Assembly (NCBI GenBank): GCA_016929525.1
Contig: JAFGIP010000048.1
Location: 71,456 to 135,455 of the forward strand
Length of the DNA stretch: 64,000 bases
From: Bacteroidales bacterium
GTDB lineage: Bacteria; Bacteroidota; Bacteroidia; Bacteroidales; UBA10428
Direction: 5' to 3'
Every line of letters starts with the position of its first letter. The first letter of the stretch is position 1. The translations under genes were made by a program, and so were the position numbers. Shown one piece after another: positions 31,730 to 40,133 of the stretch. Under the pieces are notes generated by a model, which saw only the letters and a program-made list of their open reading frames with translations, did not search any database and was not told the origin of the DNA.

Positions 31730-31969
31730 ATGCATACAATCAGGTTAAAAATAAATGATAAGGTTTATGACAAGATACTCTGGCTGCTGAGTAAATTTAG
31801 CAAGCACGAAGTAGAAATTATAAACGAGGATGCTGAGTTTTTCGAAAACCAGAAATACCTGGAGAAAGAGTTAGGTGATATAATTTCCGGTAATGCCCAG
31901 TTCATTGAAATGGATGAAGCTGAACAACGACTGGAAAATTTGATTAAACAACATGAAAATCGTATTTAA
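31730..31969 (+). CDS. Type II antitoxin (putative)
   Basis: 79-aa ORF with an acidic C-terminal half, overlapping the downstream toxin by 17 bp. Start chosen at the Met after the promoter. Confidence 0.75.
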   Translation: MHTIRLKINDKVYDKILWLLSKFSKHEVEIINEDAEFFENQKYLEKELGDIISGNAQFIEMDEAEQRLENLIKQHENRI

Positions 31970-32234
31970 GGATTCATTTCTGAATCGTTTAGAAAATCAA
32001 ATCGATTACATTGCTCAGGATAGCCCTGCGAGAGCCAGGAAATTTAAGAATGATCTGATATCTCGAATTAAGGAGATTCCAAATAATCCTTTCCGCTATA
32101 GGAAATCTATTTATTTTAACTCTGATGATATCCGGGATTTAATTTTTAAGGGGTATACCGTTGTTTTCAGAATTACAGAAGACAGAATTGAGATTTTCGG
32201 ATTCGTTAAGTATCAGAATTCTCCAACGGATTGA
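31953..32234 (+). CDS. RelE/ParE family toxin
   Basis: MKIVFKDSF…L…IDYIA.DSP..A..F…I..IPNNP…R…IRDLIFKGYTVVFRI, 93 aa, downstream of a small acidic ORF. Confidence 0.85.
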   Translation: MKIVFKDSFLNRLENQIDYIAQDSPARARKFKNDLISRIKEIPNNPFRYRKSIYFNSDDIRDLIFKGYTVVFRITEDRIEIFGFVKYQNSPTD

Positions 32235-32274
32235 TGAAATCCATAACTTAACAGGTTTGTACTAACCAAAGACA

Positions 32275-32302
32275 ATTTAATATAGTGCTAATTATGCGAC
32301 AA
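32275..32302 (-). other. dif-like site D (XerD|XerC on + strand, 6-bp spacer)
   Basis: Minus strand reads TTGTCGCATAA-TTAGCA-CTATATTAAAT. CGCATAA matches the E. coli XerC arm. XerD arm is 9/11. Confidence 0.7.
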
Positions 32303-32613
32303 ATGCATTACGTGAAGTTAATTCTAGCAAATAAGTCAAACACGATTGGTTTAAATAAAAACTGAATGTAGATTCAAGGACGAGACGTTCTATTTAATAT
32401 AATATCAATTATACTTAATAACTTTGATCAATACGTTGGAAGAAATCGCTCAGAAGTCTTTAGAATTAATTTTACGGAAAGATTATTAGGTTACGGGGAT
32501 AGGATACCGAGAAATCGCTTTAACATAATTTCATTACCGTACTCAAACACCGCTAAGGCGGCGTCCGAGTACTGAAATTATGTTAACCGCAAGCGGCCGC
32601 GATTTCTCTGCGG

Positions 32614-32641
32614 TTGTCGTATAATTAATATTATGTCAAAT
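32614..32641 (+). other. dif-like site E (canonical 11-6-11 geometry)
   Basis: TTGTCGTATAA-TTAATA-TTATGTCAAAT compared with E. coli dif GGTGCGCATAA-TGTATA-TTATGTTAAAT. Confidence 0.75.
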
Positions 32642-32656
32642 AAAAAGAAATAAAAG

Positions 32657-32680
32657 AAAGGAGAATATGAAATTCTCCCT
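32657..32680 (-). terminator. Possible terminator of the gyrA-TPR operon
   Basis: GGAGAAT/ATTCTCC stem beside an A-rich run, just past the TPR stop. Confidence 0.5.
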
Positions 32681-32691
32681 TCCCCGTAATA

Positions 32692-34059
32692 TTATTCAGC
32701 TGAGCAATCACTTGACTCTATCTCGGCTTTCATTTCCTCATACTTATCATTTAACTGCATGCGATAATATAGAGTTTTCAAAGTTTCCATAGTACTACAT
32801 TCCGATTTATCAATTTCATGAGCTTGCTCCATATATGGTACTGACTTATGTAAAACTTCTTCTGCTTCCTGTTTTGCAACTTCATATTCGTCAGCATCCT
32901 TAATTTCATCAGCTGCCTTGTACATTTCAACAGCTTTGTTGTAGTACATTACACCTATGTTATAATAGGCATTGAAGAACTGTGGATCCAGTAAAATACA
33001 TTTTTTATATGTTTCCAGGGCTTTGTCCGTATCTCCCATCTTGTCGTACAGAGTAGCTTCGGCAAAAATGAACGATATATTCTCCGGATCATCCTCCTGC
33101 GCTAATTTGAGATATTCAAGAGCATCTTGTGAACGATCTGCTATCAGGTAATAGTTAATAAGTTCGATTAAAATGGGCTGATTTTCAGGGAATTTCTTGA
33201 ATCCATCTTCCAATACCTGAACTCCCGTTGCTGTATCGCCCGTTTCCCAGTACTTTTGCTTGAGGAACACATATAAATCAGGTTCAGGATAATTGTATTT
33301 CCTTGCCAGTTCATAATAATTAATTGATTCATCAACCAAACCTGCTTTAGATGCAGCTAATCCACTATAATATAACATGGTAGTATCGACAATCCCTTCC
33401 ATTACAGGTTTCTCGTTGATAAGGTAAATATTTGAAAAAGACTTAAATGAATCTTTATAATTCTCTACAAAAAACTGCTCTATCCCTTGTCTTTCAAATA
33501 GTTTCTTCAGCCTGTCGTAATCTTCTTTAATATTTTTCTCTTTCTTATTTTCAATATCGGTTTCCTTGGCCTTATCTAATGCAACTAAGGCTTCTTCCAG
33601 CGGTGTTTCGTGCAAAGGATCAACTTCTGTAAGAGTTTCAACCTTAGTGTCCTTGAATACAACGGTAACATGTTCATATTTATATTCCTCAAAATTACTG
33701 CCTTCTTCCTGCCATGTTTTTTGTTCTGCCGGACTACCTCCCAGCAAAATCATCACATTAGCTTTATCAGTTCCCACCATGATCATTCCCCGGTATACTT
33801 CATAAATATCCATGAACATTTCTGCCCGTGAAAGCCAGTATTTTACAGAAGTATTCTTTTTCTCATCGTTGAGGTCATCCTCGCTTCTTTTCAGTTTGTT
33901 TTTCAGAATGCTATAGTTTGCATCCGGTGTGCCTGTTGTCGTTTGCCCTTTTATTCCTAAACTGAATGTCAGAAAAAAAATGGCTATTACGATTGCTACT
34001 TTGTTCATTTTTAATGTTTTATTTGATTTCCATATTATTGTAAACAAAAAATTTGCCAT
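32692..34059 (-). CDS. Tetratricopeptide repeat protein
   Basis: Signal peptide (likely start near 34008, MNKVAIV…) and several TPRs (AYYNIGVMYYN). Lies directly downstream of gyrA. Confidence 0.85.
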   Translation of the reverse strand: MANFLFTIIWKSNKTLKMNKVAIVIAIFFLTFSLGIKGQTTTGTPDANYSILKNKLKRSEDDLNDEKKNTSVKYWLSRAEMFMDIYEVYRGMIMVGTDKANVMILLGGSPAEQKTWQEEGSNFEEYKYEHVTVVFKDTKVETLTEVDPLHETPLEEALVALDKAKETDIENKKEKNIKEDYDRLKKLFERQGIEQFFVENYKDSFKSFSNIYLINEKPVMEGIVDTTMLYYSGLAASKAGLVDESINYYELARKYNYPEPDLYVFLKQKYWETGDTATGVQVLEDGFKKFPENQPILIELINYYLIADRSQDALEYLKLAQEDDPENISFIFAEATLYDKMGDTDKALETYKKCILLDPQFFNAYYNIGVMYYNKAVEMYKAADEIKDADEYEVAKQEAEEVLHKSVPYMEQAHEIDKSECSTMETLKTLYYRMQLNDKYEEMKAEIESSDCSAE

Positions 34060-34124
34060 GGTATGTTCATAGCAAATTTAATAATTCATGCAAGATATCC
34101 ATTAAATCATTCATTTATTGATAC

Positions 34125-36647
34125 CTATCCATTATTTTCTACCGGATTATCTGGTGTATCTTGTCCGGTTTCAAGGCCATCTTCCTCGTCTTCTTCTTCC
34201 TGACTCTTAATTACGCTTGCTACAGCAGCAATTGAATCTCCTTCACGCAGATTTATTAATCTTACACCCTGTGTAGCACGACCTGATATCCTGACATTTA
34301 TAACACTTAGTCTGATTGTAATACCTGACCGGTTAATGATCATAATATCATCGTTATCCGTAACCGCTTTTATTGAGATCAGACTACCTGTCTTCTCCGT
34401 AATATTAATAGTTTTTATTCCTTTTCCTCCACGATTGGTAATTCTGTAATCTTCAATACCGGTGCGTTTACCAAATCCTTTTTCGGAGACTACCAATACT
34501 GTTGTTTCTTCGTTTTCAGGTTCGATACATATCATTCCGACTACCTCGTCCCTTGAATCCTGTAATTTGATTCCAATTACCCCCGATGCTGTTCTTCCTA
34601 CCTGACGAACGGTACTTTCAGGAAAACGGATTGCTTTTCCGCTTCGCACTGCAAGCAAGAGATGATTTTTACCATTGGTAAGTCTTGCCTGCAAAAGGCT
34701 GTCTCCTTCCCTAATATTGATTGCGATTATACCATTTTGTCTTGGACGTGAATATGCTTCCAGCGTTGTTTTCTTTATTAGTCCGTGTTTTGTAGCAAGA
34801 ACAATATAATTATTGTTAATGTACTCATTATCAGAGAAATTCTTAACATTAATGAAAGCTTTAACTTTATCTTCAGCTTCAATAGATATAAGATTCTGAA
34901 TAGCCCTTCCTTTTGAAGTCCTTGTACCTTCCGGTATTTCATATACTTTAAGCCAGAAACACTTACCTTTCTCAGTAAAGAAAAGCATTGTATTATGCAT
35001 TGTAGCATGAAACATGTGTTCCAGAAAGTCTTCATCACGCGTATCACTGCCTTTGCTACCAACACCTCCCCTGTGTTGTGTTCTGAATTCAGTCAGTGGT
35101 GTACGTTTAATATAGCCCAGGTGTGAAATCGTGATGATCATATCATCGTCGGCATAAAAGTCTTCGGGATTAAACTCTTCAGCGCTGGGCACTATTTCTG
35201 TGCGTCGTTCATCACCATACTTTTCCTTTACCTCATGTATTTCATCTTTAATGATCTTCATCCGGATCTCCTCACTGGCTAATATTTCACGCAACCATTC
35301 GATGTGTTTCATAAGCTCTTCATATTCCTGACGCAGCTTTTCAATTTCAAGTCCGGTAAGTCTCTGCAAACGCATATCGAGAATAGCTTTGGCCTGGACT
35401 TCTGTAAGTTTGAACCTTTCCATCAACCCTTCACGTGCTTCATCAGTTGTTTTCGATGCACGAATAAGCTGTATAACTTCATCTATATTATCAACGGCTA
35501 TGATCAGACCCTCAAGTATATGGGCTCTCTTTTCAGATTGCTCCAGGTCGTACTGCGTACGTCGGATAACTACCTCGTGCCTGTGGTTTACAAAGTACTT
35601 AATGAGCTGTTGAAGATCAAGAATCCTTGGGCGACCCTTTACCAGAGCAATATTATTTACATTAAAACTTGTTTGTAACTGTGAATATTTAAACAAATTG
35701 TTTAAGACAACAGCAGATTGTGCCTCTTTTTTAAGGATTATTACAATGCGTAATCCTGTACGGTCTGATTCGTCGTTAATGTATGAAATACCATCAATCT
35801 TCTTTTCATTGATCATTTCGGCTATCTTCCTGATCATTTCCGCTTTGTTGACCTGATAAGGAATTTCGCTAATAACGATCCTTTCTCTGCCCGAATCTGT
35901 GATTTCAATTTCCGTCCTGGCTCTTACCACAATTCTGCCTCTCCCCGTCTCATACGCTTCTTTTACACCATTATATCCATATATAATACCACCTGTCGGG
36001 AAATCAGGAGCTTTAATATGGCTCATCAACTCTTCAATCGTAATATCATTATTATCGACATAAGCAATTATTGCATCGCATACCTCTTTCAGGTTGTGAG
36101 GAGGCATGTTGGTAGCCATTCCAACAGCAATACCTGAAGCACCATTCACCAGCAAACTCGGAATTCTAGTGGGAAGGACTGTAGGCTCTTCAAGCGAATC
36201 ATCAAAATTAAGCTGAAAATCTACGGTATTCTTATCCAGGTCCGAAAGAGTTTCTTCTGCAATTTTTTGCAGGCGGGCTTCTGTATAACGCATCGCGGCC
36301 GGACTATCACCATCCATCGATCCGAAATTCCCCTGTCCGTCTATAAGAGGATAACGTAACGACCAATCCTGAGCCATACGCACCATCGCATCATAAACGG
36401 AACTATCGCCATGAGGGTGGTATTTACCAAGCACCTCTCCTACGATTCTTGCCGATTTCTTAAATGGCCTGTTCGACATCACTCCCAATTCCGACATGCC
36501 AAATAAAACTCTGCGATGAACAGGTTTAAGACCGTCGCGCACATCCGGTAAAGCACGTGATACTATAACCGACATTGAATAATCAATGTAGGCTGATTTC
36601 ATTTCCTCCTCAATATTGATCTTGATTATTCTTTCTCCTTCTGCCAT
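34125..36647 (-). CDS. gyrA: DNA gyrase subunit A
   Basis: [34 protein letters not shown], GyrA box QHRGGVG and C-terminal pinwheel repeats. Confidence 0.98.
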   Translation of the reverse strand: MAEGERIIKINIEEEMKSAYIDYSMSVIVSRALPDVRDGLKPVHRRVLFGMSELGVMSNRPFKKSARIVGEVLGKYHPHGDSSVYDAMVRMAQDWSLRYPLIDGQGNFGSMDGDSPAAMRYTEARLQKIAEETLSDLDKNTVDFQLNFDDSLEEPTVLPTRIPSLLVNGASGIAVGMATNMPPHNLKEVCDAIIAYVDNNDITIEELMSHIKAPDFPTGGIIYGYNGVKEAYETGRGRIVVRARTEIEITDSGRERIVISEIPYQVNKAEMIRKIAEMINEKKIDGISYINDESDRTGLRIVIILKKEAQSAVVLNNLFKYSQLQTSFNVNNIALVKGRPRILDLQQLIKYFVNHRHEVVIRRTQYDLEQSEKRAHILEGLIIAVDNIDEVIQLIRASKTTDEAREGLMERFKLTEVQAKAILDMRLQRLTGLEIEKLRQEYEELMKHIEWLREILASEEIRMKIIKDEIHEVKEKYGDERRTEIVPSAEEFNPEDFYADDDMIITISHLGYIKRTPLTEFRTQHRGGVGSKGSDTRDEDFLEHMFHATMHNTMLFFTEKGKCFWLKVYEIPEGTRTSKGRAIQNLISIEAEDKVKAFINVKNFSDNEYINNNYIVLATKHGLIKKTTLEAYSRPRQNGIIAINIREGDSLLQARLTNGKNHLLLAVRSGKAIRFPESTVRQVGRTASGVIGIKLQDSRDEVVGMICIEPENEETTVLVVSEKGFGKRTGIEDYRITNRGGKGIKTINITEKTGSLISIKAVTDNDDIMIINRSGITIRLSVINVRISGRATQGVRLINLREGDSIAAVASVIKSQEEEDEEDGLETGQDTPDNPVENNG

Positions 36648-36798
36648 TGTTAATACAATAAGATTTTATTTGTGGAAAAATAGTGTTAAATTTATTAGAA
36701 ATTGAATGCACTAAAGTAGATATTTATAGCGGGAAATAGCCCAAAAAAGCTTTGTAATTATCAACAAATAGTGTTTATAAAACGTTGTTTAATATTAG

Positions 36799-36806
36799 TA
36801 TATTTG
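36799..36806 (+). promoter_or_regulatory. -7 promoter element for clpC
   Basis: TATATTTG 54 bp upstream of the start codon. Confidence 0.55.
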
Positions 36807-36859
36807 TAAAGACCAAAGCGTAGTAAAAAACTGATAAAAAATGGTAAATAATTGTACCT

Positions 36860-39445
36860 ATGGATGCAAAATTTTCACAACGGATTAAGGATGTATTATC
36901 ATACAGTAAGGAAGAGGCGATACGACTGGGTAATACTGAAATAGGGCCTGAGCATCTTTTCCTGGGAATATTGAGAGAAGGTGAAGGGATTGCTATTGAT
37001 GTGCTGGTTACACTGGGAGCGAATTTGTACGAACTAAGAAAAGATATTGAAGGTACTTTGAATCCATCTGGACCAATTAAAGTAACACATACTGAAAATA
37101 TTCCTTTGCTAAAATCTTCGGAGCGCATATTAAAATTAGTATATCTTGAGGCTAAATCATTAAATAAGACCACCATCGATACCGGACACCTGTTACTGGC
37201 TATTCTAAAAGATGAACAGGGAGTTGTAACCCAAGTTCTTGGTGATCACAGTGTTAATTATGACAATGTCAGAAAAGAACTTGAAAAGGAGTCGCAGGAA
37301 ACAATTGAAAAAACTGAACCCCGTGCAGAATTTCCAAGTGAAGAAGATGATACCGGTAGCACTTTCGGGCCAGGAAAACCGGGTGGCGGAGCCGATCAGC
37401 CTTCAAAATCCAGTTCCGAAACCCCGGTACTGGATAATTTTGGTATAGACCTCACCAAAGCAGCCGAAGAAGACAAGCTCGACCCGATTGTTGGTCGTGA
37501 AAAAGAAATAGAACGGTTGGCACAAATATTAAGCCGCAGGAAAAAGAATAATCCTATTCTGATTGGTGAACCCGGTGTCGGTAAATCTGCCATAGCTGAA
37601 GGTTTGGCTATGAGGATCAATCAAAGAAAAGTTTCAAGGGTTCTTTTTGGTAAGCGTGTAGTAACACTCGACCTTGCATCTATTGTTGCAGGCACAAAAT
37701 ACAGGGGGCAGTTCGAAGAAAGAATGAAAGCCATTCTGAATGAACTACAGAAAACAGCAGATGTAATACTCTTTATAGACGAAATTCATACAATAGTTGG
37801 TGCAGGTGGTGCAACAGGATCACTCGATGCTGCCAATATGCTAAAACCTGCTCTTGCTCGAGGTGAAATTCAGTGTATCGGTGCTACAACTCTCGATGAA
37901 TATCGGCAGCATATTGAAAAAGATGGTGCACTGGAGCGCAGGTTCCAGAAAGTTATGATTGAGCCTACATCTGAAGAAGAAACTTTTGAAATTCTGAATA
38001 ACATCAAAGAACGTTATGAGGATCATCATAATGTAGTATATACGCCTGAAGCAATTACCGCCTGTGTTCATCTTACAAACAGGTACATAACCGACAGGCA
38101 TCTGCCGGATAAAGCAATTGACGCACTCGATGAATCGGGTTCCAGGGTTCATATATCCAATATTGTAGTGCCTGATAGTATATTAAATCTGGAGAAAAAG
38201 GTAGAAGAAACAAAAAAAGAAAAAATCAAAGCTGTTAAAAACCAGAATTTTGAAAAAGCTGCCAGCTTCCGCGATAAAGAAAAAGAATTTATCGAAGAAC
38301 TGGAGGAAGAAAAAGTGCGTTGGGAAAAAGAACTCGCTCGTAACCGGGAAATAGTTGACGAAGAAAAAGTTGCCGAAGTGGTTGCGATGATGACCGGCAT
38401 CCCGGTACAACGCATTGCCCAGGCTGAGGGAATGAGGCTGCTTAAAATGAATGAAGTTATAAAGGGAAGTGTTATCGGTCAGGAAGAAGCTATTAATAAG
38501 ATTGTAAAATCGATTCAGCGTAACCGTGCAGGACTAAAAGACCCGAATAAACCGATCGGAACATTTATCTTCCTCGGTCCTACAGGTGTTGGTAAAACTC
38601 AGCTGGCAAAAGTACTTGCAAGATATCTGTTTGACACGACCGACAACTTGATCCGTGTCGATATGAGTGAATATATGGAGAAATTCTCAGTGTCCAGACT
38701 TGTTGGAGCTCCTCCCGGATATATTGGTTATGAAGAAGGTGGTCAGTTAACCGAAAAAGTCAGAAGAAAACCATACAGTGTTGTACTTCTTGATGAAATT
38801 GAAAAAGCACACCCTGACGTATTCCACTTGCTTCTGCAGGTACTCGATGAAGGACAACTTACTGATAGTCTTGGAAGAAGAGTTGATTTCAGAAACACTA
38901 TTATTATAATGACGTCGAATATTGGAACTCGTCAGCTGAAAGATTTCGGACAGGGAATCGGTTTCAGTACCAAGGCAAAACAAACTCAGCAGAACGAATA
39001 TATGAAGAGTGTAATTCAGAACGCGCTGAAAAAAGCATTTGCACCGGAGTTCCTTAATCGCATCGATGATGTTGTTCTGTTTAATGCTCTCACAAAGGAA
39101 GATATTTTCAAGATTATTGATATTGAGCTTGAAGGTTTATTCCAGCGTATTGTGAAACTTGGTTATAAAATTAAACTTACTAATGCTGCTAAAGATTTCA
39201 TTGCAGAAAAAGGATATGATATCCAGTTTGGGGCAAGACCTCTTAAAAGGGCTATCCAGAAATATCTTGAAGATCCTATGGCTGAAGTTATTATTAAAGC
39301 CGATTTAAAAGAAGGTGATGTCATTAATGTTGGATTCAGTAGGAAAAATGAAGAGATAACCATTAAGGTAGCTTCTTCAGAAATCAAGGAAGATGTTTCT
39401 TCCGATAAAGAAGAAGAGAAGGAGAAACAAAAGGAAAAAAAATGA
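36860..39445 (+). CDS. clpC: ATP-dependent Clp protease ATP-binding subunit ClpC
   Basis: Clp N domain, two AAA modules (GEPGVGKS, GPTGVGKT), short UVR-type middle coil, GARPLKR. Confidence 0.93.
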   Translation: MDAKFSQRIKDVLSYSKEEAIRLGNTEIGPEHLFLGILREGEGIAIDVLVTLGANLYELRKDIEGTLNPSGPIKVTHTENIPLLKSSERILKLVYLEAKSLNKTTIDTGHLLLAILKDEQGVVTQVLGDHSVNYDNVRKELEKESQETIEKTEPRAEFPSEEDDTGSTFGPGKPGGGADQPSKSSSETPVLDNFGIDLTKAAEEDKLDPIVGREKEIERLAQILSRRKKNNPILIGEPGVGKSAIAEGLAMRINQRKVSRVLFGKRVVTLDLASIVAGTKYRGQFEERMKAILNELQKTADVILFIDEIHTIVGAGGATGSLDAANMLKPALARGEIQCIGATTLDEYRQHIEKDGALERRFQKVMIEPTSEEETFEILNNIKERYEDHHNVVYTPEAITACVHLTNRYITDRHLPDKAIDALDESGSRVHISNIVVPDSILNLEKKVEETKKEKIKAVKNQNFEKAASFRDKEKEFIEELEEEKVRWEKELARNREIVDEEKVAEVVAMMTGIPVQRIAQAEGMRLLKMNEVIKGSVIGQEEAINKIVKSIQRNRAGLKDPNKPIGTFIFLGPTGVGKTQLAKVLARYLFDTTDNLIRVDMSEYMEKFSVSRLVGAPPGYIGYEEGGQLTEKVRRKPYSVVLLDEIEKAHPDVFHLLLQVLDEGQLTDSLGRRVDFRNTIIIMTSNIGTRQLKDFGQGIGFSTKAKQTQQNEYMKSVIQNALKKAFAPEFLNRIDDVVLFNALTKEDIFKIIDIELEGLFQRIVKLGYKIKLTNAAKDFIAEKGYDIQFGARPLKRAIQKYLEDPMAEVIIKADLKEGDVINVGFSRKNEEITIKVASSEIKEDVSSDKEEEKEKQKEKK

Positions 39446-39470
39446 CTTATATCATAAGTATCTGAAATTG

Positions 39471-39502
39471 AGACGCAACACATCTTGTTACGTCTTTTTT
39501 TT
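39471..39502 (+). terminator. Intrinsic terminator after clpC
   Basis: AGACGCAACA/TGTTACGTCT stem followed by a T run. Confidence 0.7.
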
Positions 39503-39595
39503 ATAAAAAATTCCAAAACATTGTAAGCAACCTTGCGTTGGTTATCGTCTCATGACTGTAACATGCATAATATTTCAATCTAAAATATATGGGCC

Positions 39596-39949
39596 ATGAG
39601 GGATATCACGCGACAAGATCTTGAAAGAAGAATTGGAAAGGCAATAAGTTTTATCGATCAGAACCTTAACAGGAATATCGATATCAGGGACATTGCAAGA
39701 GCGGCTTGTCTTTCGGAGTTTCATTTTATAAGGACATTTAATGAGTTTTGCGGCTTTACACCTTATCAATATATGATAAAAAGGCGTATTGCAAAAGCAA
39801 AGAAGCTTCTGTTAAAAGAAGAATTTTCTGTAGAAGAAATCAGTAGTGCGTGCGGATATGAAAGTGTACATACTTTCAGAAAGTGCTTTAAAAGGGAAAC
39901 GGGATTCAGCTTACGTGAGTTTGAGAGATCGCAAATGGCTGTGGCCTGA
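39596..39949 (+). CDS. Single-domain AraC family transcriptional regulator
   Basis: IARAACLSEFHF.R.F…G.TP.QY…RI.KAK.LL…SVEEI…CGY.S…F.K.FK. Double HTH only, 117 aa. Confidence 0.88.
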   Translation: MRDITRQDLERRIGKAISFIDQNLNRNIDIRDIARAACLSEFHFIRTFNEFCGFTPYQYMIKRRIAKAKKLLLKEEFSVEEISSACGYESVHTFRKCFKRETGFSLREFERSQMAVA

Positions 39950-40000
39950 GAGTACTAAGTGTTTTCATATTAGTAGTTAGTTAATAGTTTTATAGTAAAA

Positions 40001-40045
40001 AAAACAGGGCGATATTTGAAATTTCGTATGGCCCTGTTTTCTTTT
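40001..40045 (+). terminator. Terminator after the AraC gene
   Basis: AAAACAGGGC/GCCCTGTTTT stem plus T run. Confidence 0.55.
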
Positions 40046-40080
40046 TAAAACATACGCACATTCAATCGCTTGTAAAAGTA

Positions 40081-40109
40081 AAAAAAAGGGGCCGGTGAAA
40101 TACCGGCCC
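40081..40109 (-). terminator. Intrinsic terminator after susD
   Basis: GGGCCGGT/ACCGGCCC stem with an A7 run on the + strand. Confidence 0.75.
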
Positions 40110-40133
40110 GAGGAAAGAAGAACCTACTACTAC

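Larger units (their letters stand above)
32275..32641. repeat. Non-coding hairpin element, copy 2, bounded by inverted dif-like sites
   Basis: Perfect 14-bp stem TTAACATAATTTCA/TGAAATTATGTTAA (32520-32533/32573-32586), GTACTC/GAGTAC, outer GAGAAATCGC/GCGATTTCTC. Confidence 0.8.

Noticed and set aside
31410-32586. Integron attC interpretation of the two hairpins (TAAC…GTTA ends, TA cargo)
   Set aside because: The ends do not fit RYYYAAC/GTTRRRY well and there is no integrase in the window. The TAAC/GTTA text is better explained as part of XerD-arm sequence. Not fully excluded; an attC covariance model run would settle it.
31426-32625. CRISPR array
   Set aside because: Only two diverged copies 1.1 kb apart with genes between them. 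No regular repeat-spacer periodicity and no cas genes.
32289-32627. Classical MITE with 14-bp terminal inverted repeats
   Set aside because: The apparent TIRs are the XerC arms of sites D and E, each continuing into a 6-bp spacer and an XerD arm. No target duplication is visible.
31953-36647. Functional link between the ParE-like toxin and nearby gyrA
   Set aside because: ParE toxins target gyrase, but RelE vs ParE activity cannot be assigned by eye and proximity is not needed for action. Likely coincidence.
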